Source: a virus
Taxonomy: Duplodnaviria; Caudoviricetes
Virus record (IMG/VR): IMGVR_UViG_3300044541_000019
Span: 130 to 64,129 of that record
Direction: 5' to 3' (one strand)
DNA length: 64,000 nt
The position numbers and the translations under genes are program-made. Below are positions 63,008 to 64,000 of this stretch, one piece after another. Each line of letters begins with the position of its first letter. Position 1 is the stretch's first letter. The notes beneath the pieces are model-generated. The model did no database searches. It had not been told where the DNA came from and saw only the letters and a list, made by a program, of their open reading frames with translations.

Positions 63008-63115
63008 TTAGTAGGGCTTGACGCCAATACCTACAAATGCCCCGATGATCCAGCACACGATACAGAACGCGAACATGACCGCGACCACGATCCCAACTAC
63101 CTGGAGGGCTCTCAC
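63008..63115 (-). CDS. 35-aa membrane peptide (not in ORF track)
   Basis: Manual translation from GTG, overlapping upstream stop. Confidence 0.5.
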   Translation of the reverse strand: MRALQVVGIVVAVMFAFCIVCWIIGAFVGIGVKPY

Positions 63116-63306
63116 ACGGATTCCCAGCCTTCAACCGTCTCCCGCTCGTTCACAGTCAGCTCCGCTCCCCAACCCGAGAAACAGAAGTCCGGCTCCTTTC
63201 CCGTGATCTCGATGTACGCCCGCCGCACAGCCTCACGCATCGGGGCATCAGCACCGTCCTGGGGCAGTGAATAGGTCTCCCCGATCTTGCACGACCAGAT
63301 CTTCAT
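63112..63306 (-). CDS. small conserved phage protein (W.CKIG...LP.GAD.PMR.AV..AY...TG....F.FSGW)
   Basis: AAGGAG RBS. Confidence 0.7.
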   Translation of the reverse strand: MKIWSCKIGETYSLPQDGADAPMREAVRRAYIEITGKEPDFCFSGWGAELTVNERETVEGWESV

Positions 63307-63314
63307 GGATCTCC

Positions 63315-63521
63315 TTAGTCAGCACGTCCGGGCGGGCCAGCGCCACCCAGGTTGAATCTCGGCTTCGCGATCTGCTGCAGGATGCTCTCCAGCTCGCCGT
63401 CCAGGAACTGCAGGTCGCGGAGCGCGGATAGAGGCACGTCGCTCAGGTCAGGCAGCTTCGTCTGTAGGTGCGATGGTTCGTCCTCGGAAGTAGCTGGCGC
63501 AGGTGTCAGTGGCTCGGACAC
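63315..63521 (-). CDS. peptide resembling FxSxx-COOH (FxsA) RiPP precursor leaders, but ending GGAGPPGRAD
   Basis: LPDLSDVPLSALRDL...LESILQQI leader-like pattern. Confidence 0.55.
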   Translation of the reverse strand: MSEPLTPAPATSEDEPSHLQTKLPDLSDVPLSALRDLQFLDGELESILQQIAKPRFNLGGAGPPGRAD

Positions 63522-63699
63522 GAAGGTAACCCTCTCGTTCTAGTTGTATGGGGCAGACGCAGCCGGGCTCGCCTACCTCCTGCTGGCGGTACCAGCACCA
63601 GGTGTTGAACTCGTTGGGCTTGCGATGCCATCGCCACACAGCCTTCTCCTCTCCTGTGTTGGGGCGGTAGGGCTTGGTGGATTTGTACCTTCTAGGCAT
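63448..63699 (-). CDS. hypothetical Cys-containing protein
   Basis: ORF track. Confidence 0.45.
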   Translation of the reverse strand: MPRRYKSTKPYRPNTGEEKAVWRWHRKPNEFNTWCWYRQQEVGEPGCVCPIQLEREGYLRVRATDTCASYFRGRTIAPTDEAA

Positions 63700-63997
63700 T
63701 GAGGAGAGATCCCTCCCGAGCCTCAGTGATTGAGGTCCTCCGGTTCCACGGTTGTGCTCGCAGAGCCAGGACTGCTTGTTCCTCGCTGAGAAGGAGTGGC
63801 AGCGCAGCGGAGATGACCCGGATGGCGCGGACCGACGGGCGGTAGTGCCCCGACTCGATCATCCCCAGCGCTCCAGTACTCATGCCGGATATCTCGCCCA
63901 ACTGCTTCTGGGTCAGGCCGGCTTGGACGCGGAAGTTGCGTAGCGCCTCACCTTCGGGACTTCTGCCCCCAGGAATCTCGATTCTCATACCCTCCAT
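63692..63997 (-). CDS. XRE-family HTH regulator beginning MEGMRIEIPG
   Basis: LRNFRVQAGLTQKQLGEISGMSTGALGMIESGHYRPS. Confidence 0.9.
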   Translation of the reverse strand: MEGMRIEIPGGRSPEGEALRNFRVQAGLTQKQLGEISGMSTGALGMIESGHYRPSVRAIRVISAALPLLLSEEQAVLALRAQPWNRRTSITEAREGSLLNA

Positions 63998-64000
63998 GCT

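Noticed and set aside
1-64000. Window is a complete circular genome joined 64000 to 1
   Set aside because: The join would fuse the 1..177 ORF in frame to the XRE gene with no stop and remove its promoter, so sequence is missing beyond the ends; absence of integrase or parA applies only to this window

Overview
The whole window reads as a large part of a tailed dsDNA phage genome (siphovirus-like, high GC, probably an actinomycete host). No integrase or family A/B DNA polymerase was recognised, and both window ends fall inside genes or their leaders, so the genome is incomplete here. Layout: (i) 1-4.1 kb, small minus-strand early-type genes with four perfect parS palindromes and covarying hairpins; (ii) 4.7-5.6 kb, a poly-C/GATC-rich junction next to a terminase-small-subunit-like gene; (iii) 6-16.8 kb, plus-strand accessory and regulatory genes; (iv) 16.9-52.7 kb, a minus-strand late operon (terminase, portal, MuF, protease, 2102-aa virion protein, capsid, tail, a 7-enzyme glycosylation cluster, endolysin, holin); (v) 52.7-62.2 kb, plus-strand tRNA/ncRNA cluster, Cas4-like exonuclease, SSB-like protein, primase-helicase and two ParB-like proteins; (vi) 62.2-64 kb, minus-strand small genes. 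The strongest novel signal is a solitary Cas7/RAMP-like gene (10490-11224) associated with four non-coding plus-strand arrays. By manual parse these hold 47 units, each closed by (C/N)CGAC and built from a 3-nt linker plus pentamers with a near-invariant C at position 2 (YC-NNN). This suggests an RNA-guided or RNA-templated system with a 5-nt register. All family assignments come from motif recognition by eye, not database searches.
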